DNA from: the human T2T-CHM13v2.0 reference genome, Homo sapiens
Strand: one strand, 5' to 3'
NCBI RefSeq assembly: GCF_009914755.1
Contig: NC_060927.1
Length of the DNA: 64,000 nt
Every line of letters starts with the position of its first letter. The first letter of the stretch is position 1. Under the pieces are notes generated by a model. It was not told where the DNA came from and did no database searches. It worked only from the letters and a program-made list of their open reading frames with translations. A program made the translations under genes and the position numbers. Shown piece by piece: positions 1 through 13,282 of this stretch.

Positions 1-299
1 GTTGGACCAGAAGCTGGAGGTATCATCAAAGGCTGACTTTCTGCTCTGAGACTCTCCAAGCATCTCAGTGCTCTGAGTGTCTCATTTCTCAGCTACGATG
101 TAAGTGTAGTCCTGACGACTGTTTGGTTACCCATATGGAGCAAAAGTTCTAGTTGAGACACCTAGAGTCTGTAGCCAGTTATGCTCTAGCTGTAACCCTC
201 TGCCTCAACTAGACCCCCAAATGCCATCTCCCTCTTCCCTCCTGCTCTAATTAGAGCTGTTTTTTCCATTACAATTCTCAACTCCTTTGTTAAAGGTGG

Positions 300-510
300 A
301 ATAACACACCAATTCAAGGGTGCAGTCAGCATTCTAATCCTGATGTGTAGTTTCTGGCAAGTTACTTAACTTCTCTGTGCCTCAGGTTCCTCATGTGTAA
401 ATGCGGATGAGAAAAATAGTATCTACTCTATAATATTGTTGTAAGGATTCTATGAAATAATAAACATAAAATGCATAAAAGGGTGACTGGCACAGAAGTG
501 TTGAGTGTTA
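300..510 (+). mobile_element. MIR SINE
   Basis: MIR core GGCAAGTTACTTAACTTCTCTGTGCCTCAGGTTCCTCATGTGTAAA and 3' end GACTGGCACAGAAGTG; boundaries approximate. Confidence 0.75.
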
Positions 511-1992
511 GCCTTTATGAGTAATAATCAAAGTTTTTCACTTCTTTCAAGATCCCCAAATGCCTCAACTTCTCCAGAAAGCCTTTCCTAACTAAGTCCA
601 TCGCTCAACCTCTGCTGCATCTTCTGATCCCAGCAAATGAACCTTGGATCACACAGTCAGTCCTGCTTATACTGTCTTGCTTTATTCATTGGTTATATAA
701 TCTCGATATAACTTTTTTCCTCACCTAGGTTATAAATTATTCGAGGGAACAGAAAATCATGTTTTCTACCTATTCACACACCCCTAGCCCCACACAACCC
801 TAATATTTGAATGTAATTTTTCTATTCTTACCTGCCCTGCTGGGATGGGATTGAAGAATTCCCCTAGGGGACCCTTCACCATATTACCAGGTTTAAAAGC
901 AGCCCTTAACACCATGGGTCCATTTGGAACCTTGGAACCACAGAGTTAGTACAATGTGAGGGAAACCTCTCTCAAGCTTTGATTCTTTATTTACTTCTTT
1001 TTATTTTCTGAGGATGTGCCTATCTTCCCCACTAGATTGTAAAGTCAATTTAGGACAGAGACTAATTATTATCCATCTTTGTGGCATCCTTCCCTCCTCC
1101 ATGCCTCCAGGTGCTTAGTAAATATTTGCAAGTGCAGTGAGATAATAATACAGATGTTAACTATGTGAGTTTGCTCCTGGCAATCTCTCCTGTCATCCAG
1201 GTCTCCCCACATTCATAAAGACATTCATTGCCTAAGAGATAGGTCACTGTAGCAGAAAATCAAGCAGGAATCAAGAGTTCATTCTTAGCTCTCAAGTTTC
1301 AAAGGTTGAAGCCATTTAGGATTCAGAGCATAAAGTTTATGCCATAAACAAAAGATTTAGAAGAATGCATAATTAGAGAGAGTTTTTCTAGTTTCTCCAC
1401 TCTACTCCTAAACTACATGAAGATTCCATAGGCTGGGAAGGTGTGGAATAAGGGAAGGAAGAGAGAGTTGCCAGGTATCGAGGGGGAGGGGGGGCGCTGA
1501 TATGTGAGAGCCAAGAATGGTTGGATGACAGATAATAGAAACACCACGTTTGGCAATTGTAAGAGCAGAAGCACCCGTGATTCACCTCCTGGGTAGAGAT
1601 ACACCAAGTTCCCCTGCACCTAGCGTAGACTGGGAGAAAAGGCTGTAGGTGTATGTGGCCAGAGAAGCCTGACCCAGACTAAGAGGCCTTGGAGTATAAA
1701 GTAGCTGAGGGAGAATCTGACTTAGGAGGCATAGCTGTGAAGAAACAACAGCCCTCTGCATGAATCAGGAGATAAGGAGGGGGACTATCTCCACAAATAC
1801 TGGTGTAGACAGATTCTCCCCCAACACCTTGAGGTTTGGATGCACATTTGGGGTTTACATGCAATCCTGGAGAGTGGCGGGAGAGCCCTCCTTCGTAAAG
1901 GAGGACTCAAAATATAAATTTAGTAGAAAACTACAGTAACATTTCTTGAATGCCTGAGTATGGAAGCTGAAATTCTTACCAGATACACAAAT

Positions 1993-2342
1993 AAGAAATA
2001 CATTTTAGTCTGTTATCCCTCACGCCCCCCTCACTTTTCCCCACAAGTCCCCAAAGTCCATTGTATGATTCTTAAGTCTTTGCGTCCTCATAGCTTAGCT
2101 CCCACATATTACTGAGAACATACGGTGTTTAGTTTTCCATTCCTGAGTTACTTCACTTAGAATAATAGTCTCCAATCTCATCCAGGTCACTCCACCTGTA
2201 CCCCAATAACTTATAGAAAAAATTTTTAATTAAATAAATAAATATAATGATAAACCAAATTTAAAATAAGCATATAAAGTCTGTGGACAAAACAAGAAAT
2301 CCAAATAAAAAATAAACATATAAAGAAAAGAAATATATTTTA
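1993..2342 (+). mobile_element. 5'-truncated, 5'-inverted L1PB-like LINE 3' end with TSD
   Basis: 2008-2191 is antisense L1PB 3' sequence; 2192-2222 is the sense L1PB terminus CCACCTGTACCCCAATAACTTATAGAAAA; TSD AAGAAATA(C/T)ATTTTA at 1993-2007 and 2328-2342. Confidence 0.8.
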
Positions 2343-2502
2343 AACTTCTTCTTGAGATAATTACTCCAATTAAGCACTAAGTTACAATGTGGAAGATATG
2401 GTGGCCTCCTTTAGAATATATATGGGGAAAAAAAGGAGGGAAAGAGAGGAATGGAAAGGAAAGAAGTGCATATGTAAAAGTGAGCCTACTTAAGTTGTTT
2501 CC

Positions 2503-2983
2503 TGCAGGGTAAACACACCTGATAGGAATAATTTCAAGGGAAACCTGAGGATGACCCTGTCTGGCAGATGCACCTGAATGTGTTCTGAGCTAGAGAATCT
2601 GGGAGTGGCCAACCCAGAGATTTGTTTCTTGTCTATGAGGAACATCTAAGCCCCTGTCCCGTCCTGTGGAACATGGGTCACAGGTGATTGAGGCCCTGAA
2701 TTTTAGGTTAAATGAAGGTTGCCAGGTGGAGGTCAGTAAGGGGAGGGTCTTAACTGAAAACACTATAGCAACTGCATGCTGTTTGTAAGTGACTGCAGTT
2801 TTCCTGCCCAGCCCGCCACCACTGGGCCATGCAGTTATGTTGTGCAGCCCCTGCCACTGGGCTCTCTCTCATATATAAGCCCCTAATGCAACCCCGTGTC
2901 TCATTTGCTGGCTCTGGGCAGCTTGTTTGGCCTCTTGAACCTGGTGCCTTCCTTATGAAGGTTAATAGGGGTTCAGCACAACA
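2503..2983 (+). mobile_element. Solo ERV LTR (LTR47-like)
   Basis: TG...CA termini; start TGCAGGGTAAACACACCTGATAG and ATGACCCTGTCTGGCAGATGCACCTGAATG resemble recalled LTR47 consensus; TATATAAG box near 2872. Confidence 0.65.
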
Positions 2984-4130
2984 TCTATTATTTTATTTAA
3001 TCACTCAGTAAATATGTTTGCTATCTCCTGTATGCCATCATGCTATAATAGGTGCCCGTTCTAGGGAAATGTGGGATTTGAGGGGGTCAATAATCCTCTT
3101 ATTCTTCATATTTCTGTACTGTTGTTTCATGAGGATGAATTGATGCACCACTTGCACTTAAAAAGAGAAAGGAGACTTGGAGAGGAGTAAACGGAGGGTG
3201 AGAAAGAAGGCAGCATGCCTGAAGTGCAGAGCACAGGATGAGTGCAGGGCCAGGTGCTCCTTCATCCTCAGCCTCTGCATGGATGTCAGTACAGCAGAAG
3301 GAAGTTCCACTCTGTGCACTCCCTAGGAGCAGAGCCAGAGTGCAGGTGCATTCCCAGAACAGCAAGTACTTTCCCGAGAATTGGGTGTTTTGTATCAATC
3401 TCCAAGTGAAGCCTACGGATGCTTAGGTGAGAATAGTGCAGTCCCTGCCCACTTTCACTGCCTTTAAGGAACCAATGGCCAGCAACAAAAATCTACAGTT
3501 TCTGTTATATCTGTGCTGGCCCGCACCTGGCCCTCAAAGGCTCACTAGGCTGTCACCAGGTTTTGCGTTGGCAGTGGTAGTTGCTGTGGCTGGTCTTTGG
3601 AGCCCACCTAACTTCAAGTCCCATCATCTCACCTGGTTTAGGTGTAACACTGACCACAAGAGCCACATACTTTCATTTTGTACTCATCATGGAGACTTTA
3701 TATTTTGACACGTTTGCGCCAGTCTAGGACATTGGCTTTGAAGTCGGTAGAATTTTAATAATGGAATGGACGATTCCCAGTTGTAGAAACTAAGGAACTT
3801 GTGTTGCCAAGTCTTTCCCAGAGACAGATCTTAATTTTGAGAGGAGCAGTTTCCATCACTGACCTCACCTAGTAAGATTTGCTGTCTTCTGTGCTATCTT
3901 TAAATTTTTAAAGCATCCTGTTTTTAAGCATGTACGTAGAACATGTACATATTTAAAATTAAATACAATTAAAAGGCCTATAATTAAAAACACTGAACTT
4001 GTGGGGTTTTTCCTAGTCTTAACGTTTGTAATTAAGATGCTTATTCTTATATCTTGATTTATTAATTTTAGACATTGGCTTCCTGTTATACTAAAAGAGA
4101 AGTATTTAATTTTATGACCCTCATATAACC

Positions 4131-4325
4131 CAATGATATGCTGGAGCGTATTTCATCTGCCAGTGTGAGCTGATTGTTAAATTGTATAAGCCAAGTATTA
4201 AACAGTCATTAGTTTCAAAATTGGCCACCGCGCGAGTATTTACTCTATGGAAATCAGCAAATGTCACCAGAGTTACCTGCCCTTGAACCCTCTGAGCTAA
4301 TGAAGGATTCGCCAGCACACTATTG
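4131..4325 (+). mobile_element. MER63A-like hAT MITE
   Basis: Imperfect TIRs CAATGATATGCTGG / CCAGCACACTATTG; internal GAGTATTTACTCTATGGAAATCAGCAAATG matches recalled MER63. Confidence 0.7.
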
Positions 4326-4390
4326 TTCTCCCACCAGATTCCCTTAACTGTAGTTAATCTAAAAGAGTTTCATTTTAATGATTGTGGTAA

Positions 4391-4687
4391 TTTGTTTTTT
4401 GAAACAGGGTCTCTGTCACTCAGGCTAGAGTGCAATGGTGCAATCACTGCTCACTGCAGTCTCAACCGCTCCAGACTCAAGCGATCCTCCCACCTCAGCC
4501 TCCTAAGTATCTGAGACTATAGATGTGAGCCACTGTGCCCAGCTACTTTTTTTGTGCGTTTTTTTTAGAGACAAGGTTTTGCTATGTTGCCCATGCTGGT
4601 CTCGAACTCCTGCACTCAAGCCATCTGCTCGCTTTCTTGGCCTTTCAAGAGTGTTGGGATTACAGGCGTGAGCCACCGTGCACAGCC
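4391..4687 (-). mobile_element. Alu (AluJ-like)
   Basis: Antisense dimeric Alu with J-type CTCAAGCGATCCTCCCACCTCAGCC. Confidence 0.9.
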
Positions 4688-5354
4688 TATGGTACATTTT
4701 GTTCTCTGCATAGCCGTGGCATACCAAAATTATTGACTTCCTTGTTATACATGGAGTTAGTAATTGCCTCATTGTAATCAGCCTGACACCACCTGAACCT
4801 AGCAGACAATTCACTAAAGTAAGACAACCAATAATTATGTGCCTGTAAAGTATTCTTGCCAAACAAATCTGAATCTATTTAAGTTTCTATAGCTAAATAC
4901 CGGTTTATAGGTAATATGAAGAATCAAAAGCAAGTTAGATGACACAAGAGGACAATCAGATACATTTACAATGCGGGATATTCTACAGAACCAATGACTC
5001 ACTTTCCCTAATGAATCATTGGCATGAAAAAGGAAGAAGACGATTAGAGAACTATTACAGAAAAAAAAATGAAGACTTGAGAGTCATAACCACAACTGCA
5101 ACATGAGCACCTTGTTTGGATCCTAGCTCAAATCAAGAATCTGAAAAAAAAAAAAAAAAAAAGTATGCTTGAAACAATCGAAAATTGGTCCACAGACTGG
5201 GTATTAGATGATATTAGCAATTATTAGTTAATAATAATGTGTATTTCAAAATCACTAAAAGAGAAGATTTTAAATGTTCTCACCACAAAGAAATGATAAG
5301 TATGTGAGATGATGTATATTTTAATTAGCTTGAGTTAATCATTTCACAATGTAT

Positions 5355-5711
5355 TAACTACTAACAGCCTGCTATTGCTTGGAAGCCTTACCAATAACAG
5401 AAACAGTTGATTAACACACTGTTTCTATGTTATGTATACTGTATAATGCATTCTAACAATAAAGTAAGCTAGAGAAAATAAAATGTTATGAAGAAAATAA
5501 TACGGAAGAGAAAATATATTTACTATTCTTTAAGTAGAAGTGGATCATCATAAAGGTCTTCATCCTCATCAGGATATCCTCACGTTTGAGTAGGCTGAGG
5601 AGGAGGAGGAAGAGGAGGGGTTGGTTTTGCTGTCTCAGGGGTGGTAGAGAAGGAAGAAAATCTGTAAGTGGACCCTCACAGTTCAAACCTGTGTTGTTCA
5701 AGGGTCAACTG
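5355..5711 (-). mobile_element. Tigger2a/MER28-like DNA transposon, one end truncated
   Basis: Reverse complement begins CAGTTGACCCTTGAACAACACAGGTTTGAACTG (Tigger2 TIR); inserted within an L1M 3' end. Confidence 0.8.
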
Positions 5712-5752
5712 TGTATCATACCATAGCATTATACCCCATAAATATATACCAT

Positions 5753-5794
5753 TATTTAAAGTTTGTCTATTTAAAGTTTGTCTATTTAAAGTTT
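5753..5794. repeat. 15-bp tandem repeat TATTTAAAGTTTGTC x2.8
   Basis: Read directly. Confidence 0.85.
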
Positions 5795-6385
5795 AAGATG
5801 GAATTACTGTTATTTTTAGGTATGCTAATGGCATAGTACTTATGGTTTAAAAATGTCCTTATTGGTATAGATGAATAATAAATATTTTTAGGATAAAATT
5901 ACATAATGTTGGAGTATTTTTTCTTTTAAAAAATCCAGAAAACATGTAGGAGGACAGATGAAACAAAAATGGCAAAATTTTTATAATTGCTGAAGCTGGG
6001 TGATGGGTCTATGAGAGCTATTCTACTTTTGTATGTGGAAAATTTTCATAATAAAAATGTTTAAGGTATTTCATTTTAAATTTTGGTAGTTTTCCTTGTA
6101 CTTTGCCTTGTTACTTTCAGTCAAATATAGCATCAGATTTGTTAAATATTAAAAAATTAATATTGCTTTTGAAATCCTCAAACATAGTAGCTGATTCATC
6201 AATGTCATTTTTTAAGGTCTTCCTCCCAGGGTCCCCCTTCTTCCTTCTCAAACGGGATTAGCAGCTCACTGGGCTTTCTGCATATAGCTGTTGATCTGGA
6301 CTTTCCTGTTCTATGATCCTCAGACTGCCCTCACCTGATTTCCTATGTTGGATTCCTCTTTCCCTGTTTGTTGATACATGTCCTC

Positions 6386-6753
6386 TGATATGGTTTGGCT
6401 CTGTGTCCCCACCCAAATCTCATGTTGAATTGTAATCTTCAATGTTGGGAGAGGGACCTGGTGGGAGGTGATTGGATCATGGGGGCGGTTCTCCCCTTGC
6501 TGTTCTCATGATAGTGAGTTCTCACGAGATCTGGTTGTTTAAAAGTGTGTAGCACTTTCCCCTTCGCCCTCTCTCTCCCGCCACCATGTAAAGACGTGCT
6601 TCACCCTTCTATCATGATTGTAAGTTTCCTGAGGCCTCCCCAGCCATGTCTCCTGTGCAGCCTGCAGAACTGTAAGCCAATTAAACCTCTTTTCTTTATA
6701 AATTACCCAGTCTCACGTAGTTCTTTATGGCAGTGTGAGAACAGACTAATAAA
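6386..6753 (+). mobile_element. MST-type (ERVL-MaLR) solo LTR
   Basis: Starts TGATATGGTTTGGCTCTGTGTCCCCACCCAAATCTC, ends GAGAACAGACTAATAAA; 5-bp TSD TCCTC/CCCTC. Confidence 0.9.
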
Positions 6754-7036
6754 CCCTCATTTTTGATGGAGCACCTACTCCAGAGCTTCCTAAAAAAAAG
6801 TAAGTGTGAAATAAATTTTCTAGTCTTTGCATGTCTTTATTCTCTCTTCATGTTTGATTTGGCTCGATAATTTCCTCTCAGAATTTTGGAAGGTTTTTTT
6901 CCACTTTTAGCTTCTGGTGTTGGTGTTAAGAAGCTCAATGCTATTTTGGTTTCTATTTCTGTTTTCTTTCCTTTCTTGAAAGACTTTAGGATTTTCTCTT
7001 TACCCTTCTTATAAAATTTCTCAGAATATGCTGTAG

Positions 7037-7398
<362 letters not shown>

Positions 7399-7489
7399 AA
7401 TTTTTCTGATTTTTTTGTTATAATCTCCTATTTTCTCTGGCCCCTTTTTCTGTGAGTCTTATTAATAGGATAGTAGACCTATTCAGCTC

Positions 7490-7885
7490 AATTTAAGGAG
7501 TTTACTTGGAGAAATCCATGTGTGGAAGGAAACAGGGAGGGAGTCTGTAACAGTTGAGCCAGCTGTCAGACCATGGTGTCAATCTGATCCAGGTGAAGAA
7601 GAGAGGAAGGGAAGGTTGGGAGAAGTGTCCTAGGCACTCCTGCAACCGAAGGTCCAGCAAAGCTGCCAGGGAATCCCTGAGCCAAAGCCTGTAGACAGAG
7701 GACTCTCCTGTCTGTTAGGAATAACCCGGCCTTAGTATTTTTGCTGCACTCAATCACTGGTGGTAGTCTAAGCCCAGGCAGCATGGACTCAGGGCAAGCA
7801 CAATTTGAATTCTAAAGTGAAGCATCTAGGGCATTGGTCAATTACATTCCCCAAAGGTCTGAGGTGCTAAGGCCATAGCCATTCC
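7490..7885 (-). mobile_element. LTR16-like ERVL LTR
   Basis: GTCAGACCATGGTGTCAATCTGATCCAGGTGAAGAAGAGAGGAAGGGAAGGTTGGG resembles recalled LTR16A antisense; boundaries approximate. Confidence 0.6.
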
Positions 7886-7994
7886 TATAAAATAGGTTCC
7901 ATTACCATTGTGACGGTTGAATGTATTCATCTATTCAGTGCACCTAGAGCAGTGTCAGGCACATCATAACCACTCAAAAAGTGGGTTTTGTTTT

Positions 7995-8800
7995 CCAGCT
8001 TTATTAAGGAATAGTTGACAAATAAAAATTATATATATTTATGGTATACAATATGTTATTTTTATGTGTATTCAATGTGAGATGATTAAAAGAAGCTAAT
8101 TTCTATATCCATCACCTTATCACATACTTATCTTTTTTTGTGGTGAGAACATCCAAGATTTTCTTTCTTAGAAATTTTCAAGTATGAAATATTTTATTAA
8201 CCATAGTCACCATGCTATACAAGATGCCCAGAACTTACTCATCCTGCATAACTAAAACTTTGTACCCTTTGACAAACATCTCCCTATTACTCCTCTTCCC
8301 CATCACCCCCAGTCCTTGGCAAGAGCCATTCTACTCTCTGCTTCTATGAGCTTGACTTTCTTAGGCTCCACATATCAGTGAGGTTGATTATGCATTACTT
8401 GTCTTTCTGTGTCTGGCTTATTTCACCAAGCACGTCCCCCAGGTTCATCTATGTTGCTGGAAATGACAGGATTTCCCTGTTTTTTTAAGGCTGAATAGTA
8501 TTCCATTGCATATACATGGCACAGTTTCTTAATCCATTCATTTGCTGATGGGTAATACTTGGGTTGATTCCATATCTTGCCTGTTGTGAATAGTGCTGCA
8601 ATAAACATGGAGTGCAGATAACCTTTCAACATACTGTTTCCATTTCCTTTGGATATATACCCAGAAGTGAGATTTCTGGTTCATATGGTAGTTCTATTTT
8701 TAATTTTGTGAGGAACCTGCATACTGTTTTCCATAGTAGCTGTACTAGTTTATATTCCCACCAACAGTGTGTAAGGTCTCTCTTTTCCCCACATCCTTGA
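7995..8800 (-). mobile_element. L1MA-type 3' end
   Basis: ORF 8423-8632 translates as L1 ORF2 C-terminus ([26 protein letters not shown]); L1MA 3'UTR follows. Confidence 0.88.
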
Positions 8801-9299
8801 CACTCAGAAAGTGCTATTGTTATTGAATGCCAAGGAGAAATCCACCATGCTGTGTGATTAGCAAAAAATATTATTATAAATTTTATGCTTTAAATCTCAG
8901 AATGTATTTACTTTTATTTTAAGCACTATCCTAATAGGCTTGCTTAGCTTGAATACAATCCAAAGCCAGGTTAGGAATGGCACATTAAAAAGAGATCAAA
9001 AGCTCATTAATATTATAACAATAAGAAAGCTGTGAAATGTGAGGTTGACAGCAGGAGAAAAGACAGAACAACAAGAAAAAGCAAACAGAATGATAAAAGC
9101 ACAAATTTTCAGGGTTTTTAACATTAGGAAACAGCTCCAGAAACTTCAATGGGAATGGGTGTCTCATGATATTACACAGAATGTAACAACTGCTGTTCAT
9201 AATAATGACCCTGATATATTAAGAAAGTGCTTTACCAGCACTTTGAGGAGGTAGAAAAGTATGAAATGCATTTTAAAATAATTTCCATCTATAGCACAT

Positions 9300-9700
9300 A
9301 AAAGAAAAAGAAAAATATTGCATGATCTCATTTACATGTGGAATCTAAAAAAAAAATCAAATAGAGTGGTTACGAGGAGTGGGGTGGGAGAAGAGGAAAT
9401 GGGGAGATGTAGGTCAGAGGATAAAAGTAGCAGATATGTAGGAGGAACAAGTCTGGAGATTCATCACACACCATGAGGACTACAGTAATAAAATTATACT
9501 TATACACAACTCATGCTAAATGAGTAGATTTTACTGCTCTTGCCACAAAGACCAAAAAATGGGTAATTATGTGAGATGATGGATGTTAATTTGCTTCATT
9601 ACAGTAACCCTTTTTCCTATCCATATGTATCTCATAACATCATGTTGCATACCTTAGACATACACAATAAAATTCATTTTAAAAATAAAATTTAAAAAAT
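9300..9700 (+). mobile_element. L1MA-type 3' end
   Basis: TGCATGATCTCATTTACATGTGGAATCTAAAA, AAAGTAGCAGATATGTAGGAGGAACAAGTCT, A-rich tail. Confidence 0.8.
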
Positions 9701-11810
9701 AAAGTCGAACTTATAAAAACACAAAGAAAAAAAGAAAACTGCAGAGAAGCTGCATAGAAATAGTAAATCTTTGGGGATTCTGGACAGTTGCTAGTTTTAT
9801 CAATTCATCTAATTAAATATATGACTTTTCCTGTGCATAATTGCACATCATTTCTTAGTATCACTTGATAATGAACAATCCTTACCCTTGTCATTTTACC
9901 ACCTGATTTTATATTGAGATCCCCACACCTTTTGTGGCATTTGTCATTACTGCTTAGGCTCACTTCCTTCCTAAGCAAACATAAAATCTCTTTGATGAAT
10001 AGCAGCGGAACTTCCAAGCCATCTAAATTAAGCTCCTGGGATGGGTCGGGCCATTCCTGTGGTGGACACTGAGAGGGCTCTCACACCAAGGACACACACA
10101 CACCTGTTTGGACATTGTCCCTGCTTCCTTGACAGTGGGCTTCATCTGACAGCAGATCCTTGCTTCCACCCAGGACTCCTTTCCACATGTTCCCACTCTT
10201 GCATGTGAACCACTGACATGTACAATGCGTTCACAAATACTGGGCTAGCAACCTAACGGCTGGCATGGGATATGACATCAACGCCTTTGGATAATAACTG
10301 TAAAACTCGATAGCTCATTTTCTAACCTCTCAGGAGTACTTAGAGCCTAAGAAGCTGCTGTCTAGAGCAACAGACTTTCATCCTGATATTGGGCTGCTTA
10401 TAGCAGCCATACAAAGAGTGAAGCACAGAGAACGACAGAGAGAAAGAAAGAGAAAACTGAGATTGAGAGCTGAGAGAGACATACACAGGGAGAGGCAAAT
10501 AAAGACAACGTGGCATCATGCTTATAGTATCTGGAACACACTTCCAGGATTAATAACAAAAGCAGAATCTGCCACATTTTCCCACTGATTTGTCAGCTCC
10601 TTGAAGATCGCCTTTTGCTTGCATTGACACTAAGTAAAATTGATGAGGAGGAAAGCACTGTCATGCTGAACAGGCAGTGCTTAACTCATATTTGGTAACA
10701 AAGCACAAAAGACCATACCATAATGTCCTAAAGAAATCTGTTCCTGACATTGCTACAAGGATTAAAACAGCTGTTAATTTTGCACAGGTTTAATCTTCCC
10801 AAGTTCCTGCCTGTTACCTCCTTCTAAGTCACCTGCTTCTTGGTTTAAAGTATTTTGCTAAATTCTACACATCCTATCAAACAACCAGTTTTTTTTTTAA
10901 TTTTACTCAATTTACCTCCCCTTCTTTCTCTTCTATTATCAGTTGGATGGCCTTCTAAAGTCATTATTTTCTATTAGCATTTTCTCTGTTCCTTTTTATT
11001 CTAGTCAATATCTACACATTTTGAAATATACAAATCTACAGTAAAATAACCAAAATAAACAAGTAAAAGCAGGCAGAACCTGAGCCTGATATTTCAGGTT
11101 GTTGCTTTTTTGTCTCTCTTTTTTTTTTCAATTCCATATATTCTTTTCTCTTCTTTGTATTTTTTCAAGAAATGAAATTAAATGCACTACAGCTCCTCAG
11201 GAATGAGTAAATTCAAGATAAAAGTTGAGTAACAATCTTTAGAAACAAAAATTTGTCTGAATTTAAAACTGTTAAGCTTCCATTTTCCCCAAACTAAATT
11301 GGTAAACTATGGGGAAAAAAGTAATATGAAGCAGTTTAACTTTTGATTTGAGTACAGACAACATGTTGGCTAATTTGTATTGATTATATCTGCCAATCTA
11401 GATGCAATCACACTTTTAAAAGCAGAGTCCTGTAATTTGCTTTTCTATAAAATGTCACCAATGCATTAAATACTTCGAAAACAGTCTTTGTAAATCAATC
11501 TGTACTTATTAGATTTATTTAAATGATAGCATTAGAATTCCATGCCGAGATTTAATCTGGTTTTAAAATAACTCCCTACATGCAGAACACTTCCTAGGGT
11601 GGGAGAGGCTAGTTCCCAATTATTTTCATGCCGTCAGTACTAAAAGTATTTAATGACTCACTTACCTACAAGCTGTGAGTTGCCTGAAGACCTCTCCATT
11701 CAGTGGGATGTACACATTTTACTTAAGGCTATTTTACAGGAAAAAAAAAAAAAAGGGAAGAGTGCAGAACCACAGCATTTTCAAATGAAATGAAAAATGA
11801 AAGATCTTAC

Positions 11811-12014
11811 CTTGTTCGTGTCAAAGGTATTATAAACTTGATCAATATGTTTATTGGCCTTCTGATTCAGACCTTGCAGACCCAAAAGTGTCTTAAATTC
11901 ATGTAGTGTTTGCAGGCCGGATGGATATTCCATCATAAATGTTCTGTACCACACATGGGTCTCTTGTGTAGGAACTGCTTTCTGATCACCAGCTATAGAT
12001 TTGCCATTCCCCAT
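11811..12014 (-). CDS. GUCA1C: GUCA1C (GCAP3, guanylyl cyclase-activating protein 3) coding exon 1, residues 1-68
   Basis: MGNGKSIAGDQKAVPTQETHVWYRTFMMEYPSG...FDTNK: N-myristoylation motif (G2,S6), degenerate EF-1 (YPSG), start of EF-2 loop; donor AAG|GTAAGA at 11811/11810, phase 0; remaining exons lie outside the window. Confidence 0.96.
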
Positions 12015-12260
12015 CTTGACTCACAGTCTACAGCTTTTCCTCAGGTTGTTTTCACTTAAGTTTTTGCTGGATTTAGTCCCTTACTCCTCACTAAAACTGA
12101 AGGCTAACATATGCCCTCAGAAAGCTACTCTAAACCTCTTACAGCAACAAGCTAAATAAGAATAGAAAGCCAGTGAGATTAACTTATCTGCCCAGTTTTA
12201 AAACCAAGGTCACTTGGCACTTGGTAACTAACATGCTTACAGTCATGCAGAGACATAGTT
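12015..12260 (-). promoter_or_regulatory. GUCA1C: GUCA1C 5'UTR and proximal promoter
   Basis: Immediately upstream of the ATG; CRX/OTX-type TTAATCTC (minus strand) at 12175-12182; CCAAGGTCA nuclear-receptor half-site at 12204-12212; TSS not determinable from sequence. Confidence 0.6.
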
Positions 12261-12339
12261 TTTTGTGAAGGGAACACGCAATATTTTAGAGAGGGTGATC
12301 CTTGTTATATTGTTAGCCATAAATTTTGCCTACATTATT

Positions 12340-12530
12340 GAGTGGTACAGTGGGTCTAATGGCAGGAACTTTGAGTTGCAATCAGGAAGCCTAGATTCTA
12401 TGCTTTGTTCTACCACTTATTAACTATATTGAAACATTACTTACATTCTCGTGTTTCCTCATCTGTAAAACAGTAATAAAAGTTTCTGCCTTTTCATACC
12501 TGAGTATTGTGAAGATATATTTAGATAACA
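12340..12530 (+). mobile_element. MIR SINE
   Basis: TTTCCTCATCTGTAAAA core; boundaries approximate. Confidence 0.65.
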
Positions 12531-12952
12531 TTTTACATGAAAAAATCATACATTGAGTATTATTAAAAAGAAGTCTATGTATAAGAGAGAAAAATAGGTA
12601 GAGAGAATTAAATAGTAGTAAGAAGAACTTCAGATGTAGTAGTCAGATAAAGGAACATATTGGGCTGTGTCTTCTGGCAGTGTTCTTCCTTTCTCTCCCC
12701 CACCCTCTGTTCTTACCTTTTTCTGGTCTCTCAAGTATCTACACATGCCATTGGCCTGCCAGCTTTATCTCACTCCAGTTTTCTAATCTGGCTAATCTTG
12801 TCCTAACCAAGCCCCATTTGCCAATGAACTTAAGAACAGGGTCAATGGACCTAAGAACTGTATCCAAGGTCCAGTAGTGGAAATGAATGCTTTGTGTGGT
12901 CCTCAACCCATTTTGGTACCAACCATACTTAGAACCAGAAAACCCCAGGTAG

Positions 12953-13282
<330 letters not shown>

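Larger units (their letters stand above)
4790..6065 (+). mobile_element. Nested old L1M 3' fragments, interrupted by a Tigger2-like element
   Basis: L1M 3'UTR motifs such as AAATGTTCTCACCACAAAGAAATGATAAGTATGTGAG and TTGCTGAAGCTGGGTGATGGG; boundaries approximate. Confidence 0.6.

Noticed and set aside
1480-1497. G-quadruplex at G5-A-G7
   Set aside because: Insufficient separate G3 runs with loops for a canonical intramolecular G4
11781-11810. ORF tail VRSFIFHFI after GUCA1C residue 68
   Set aside because: Read-through past the GTAAGA donor into intron 1
12151-12160. MEF2 site in the GUCA1C promoter
   Set aside because: CTAAATAAGA does not fit YTAWWWWTAR
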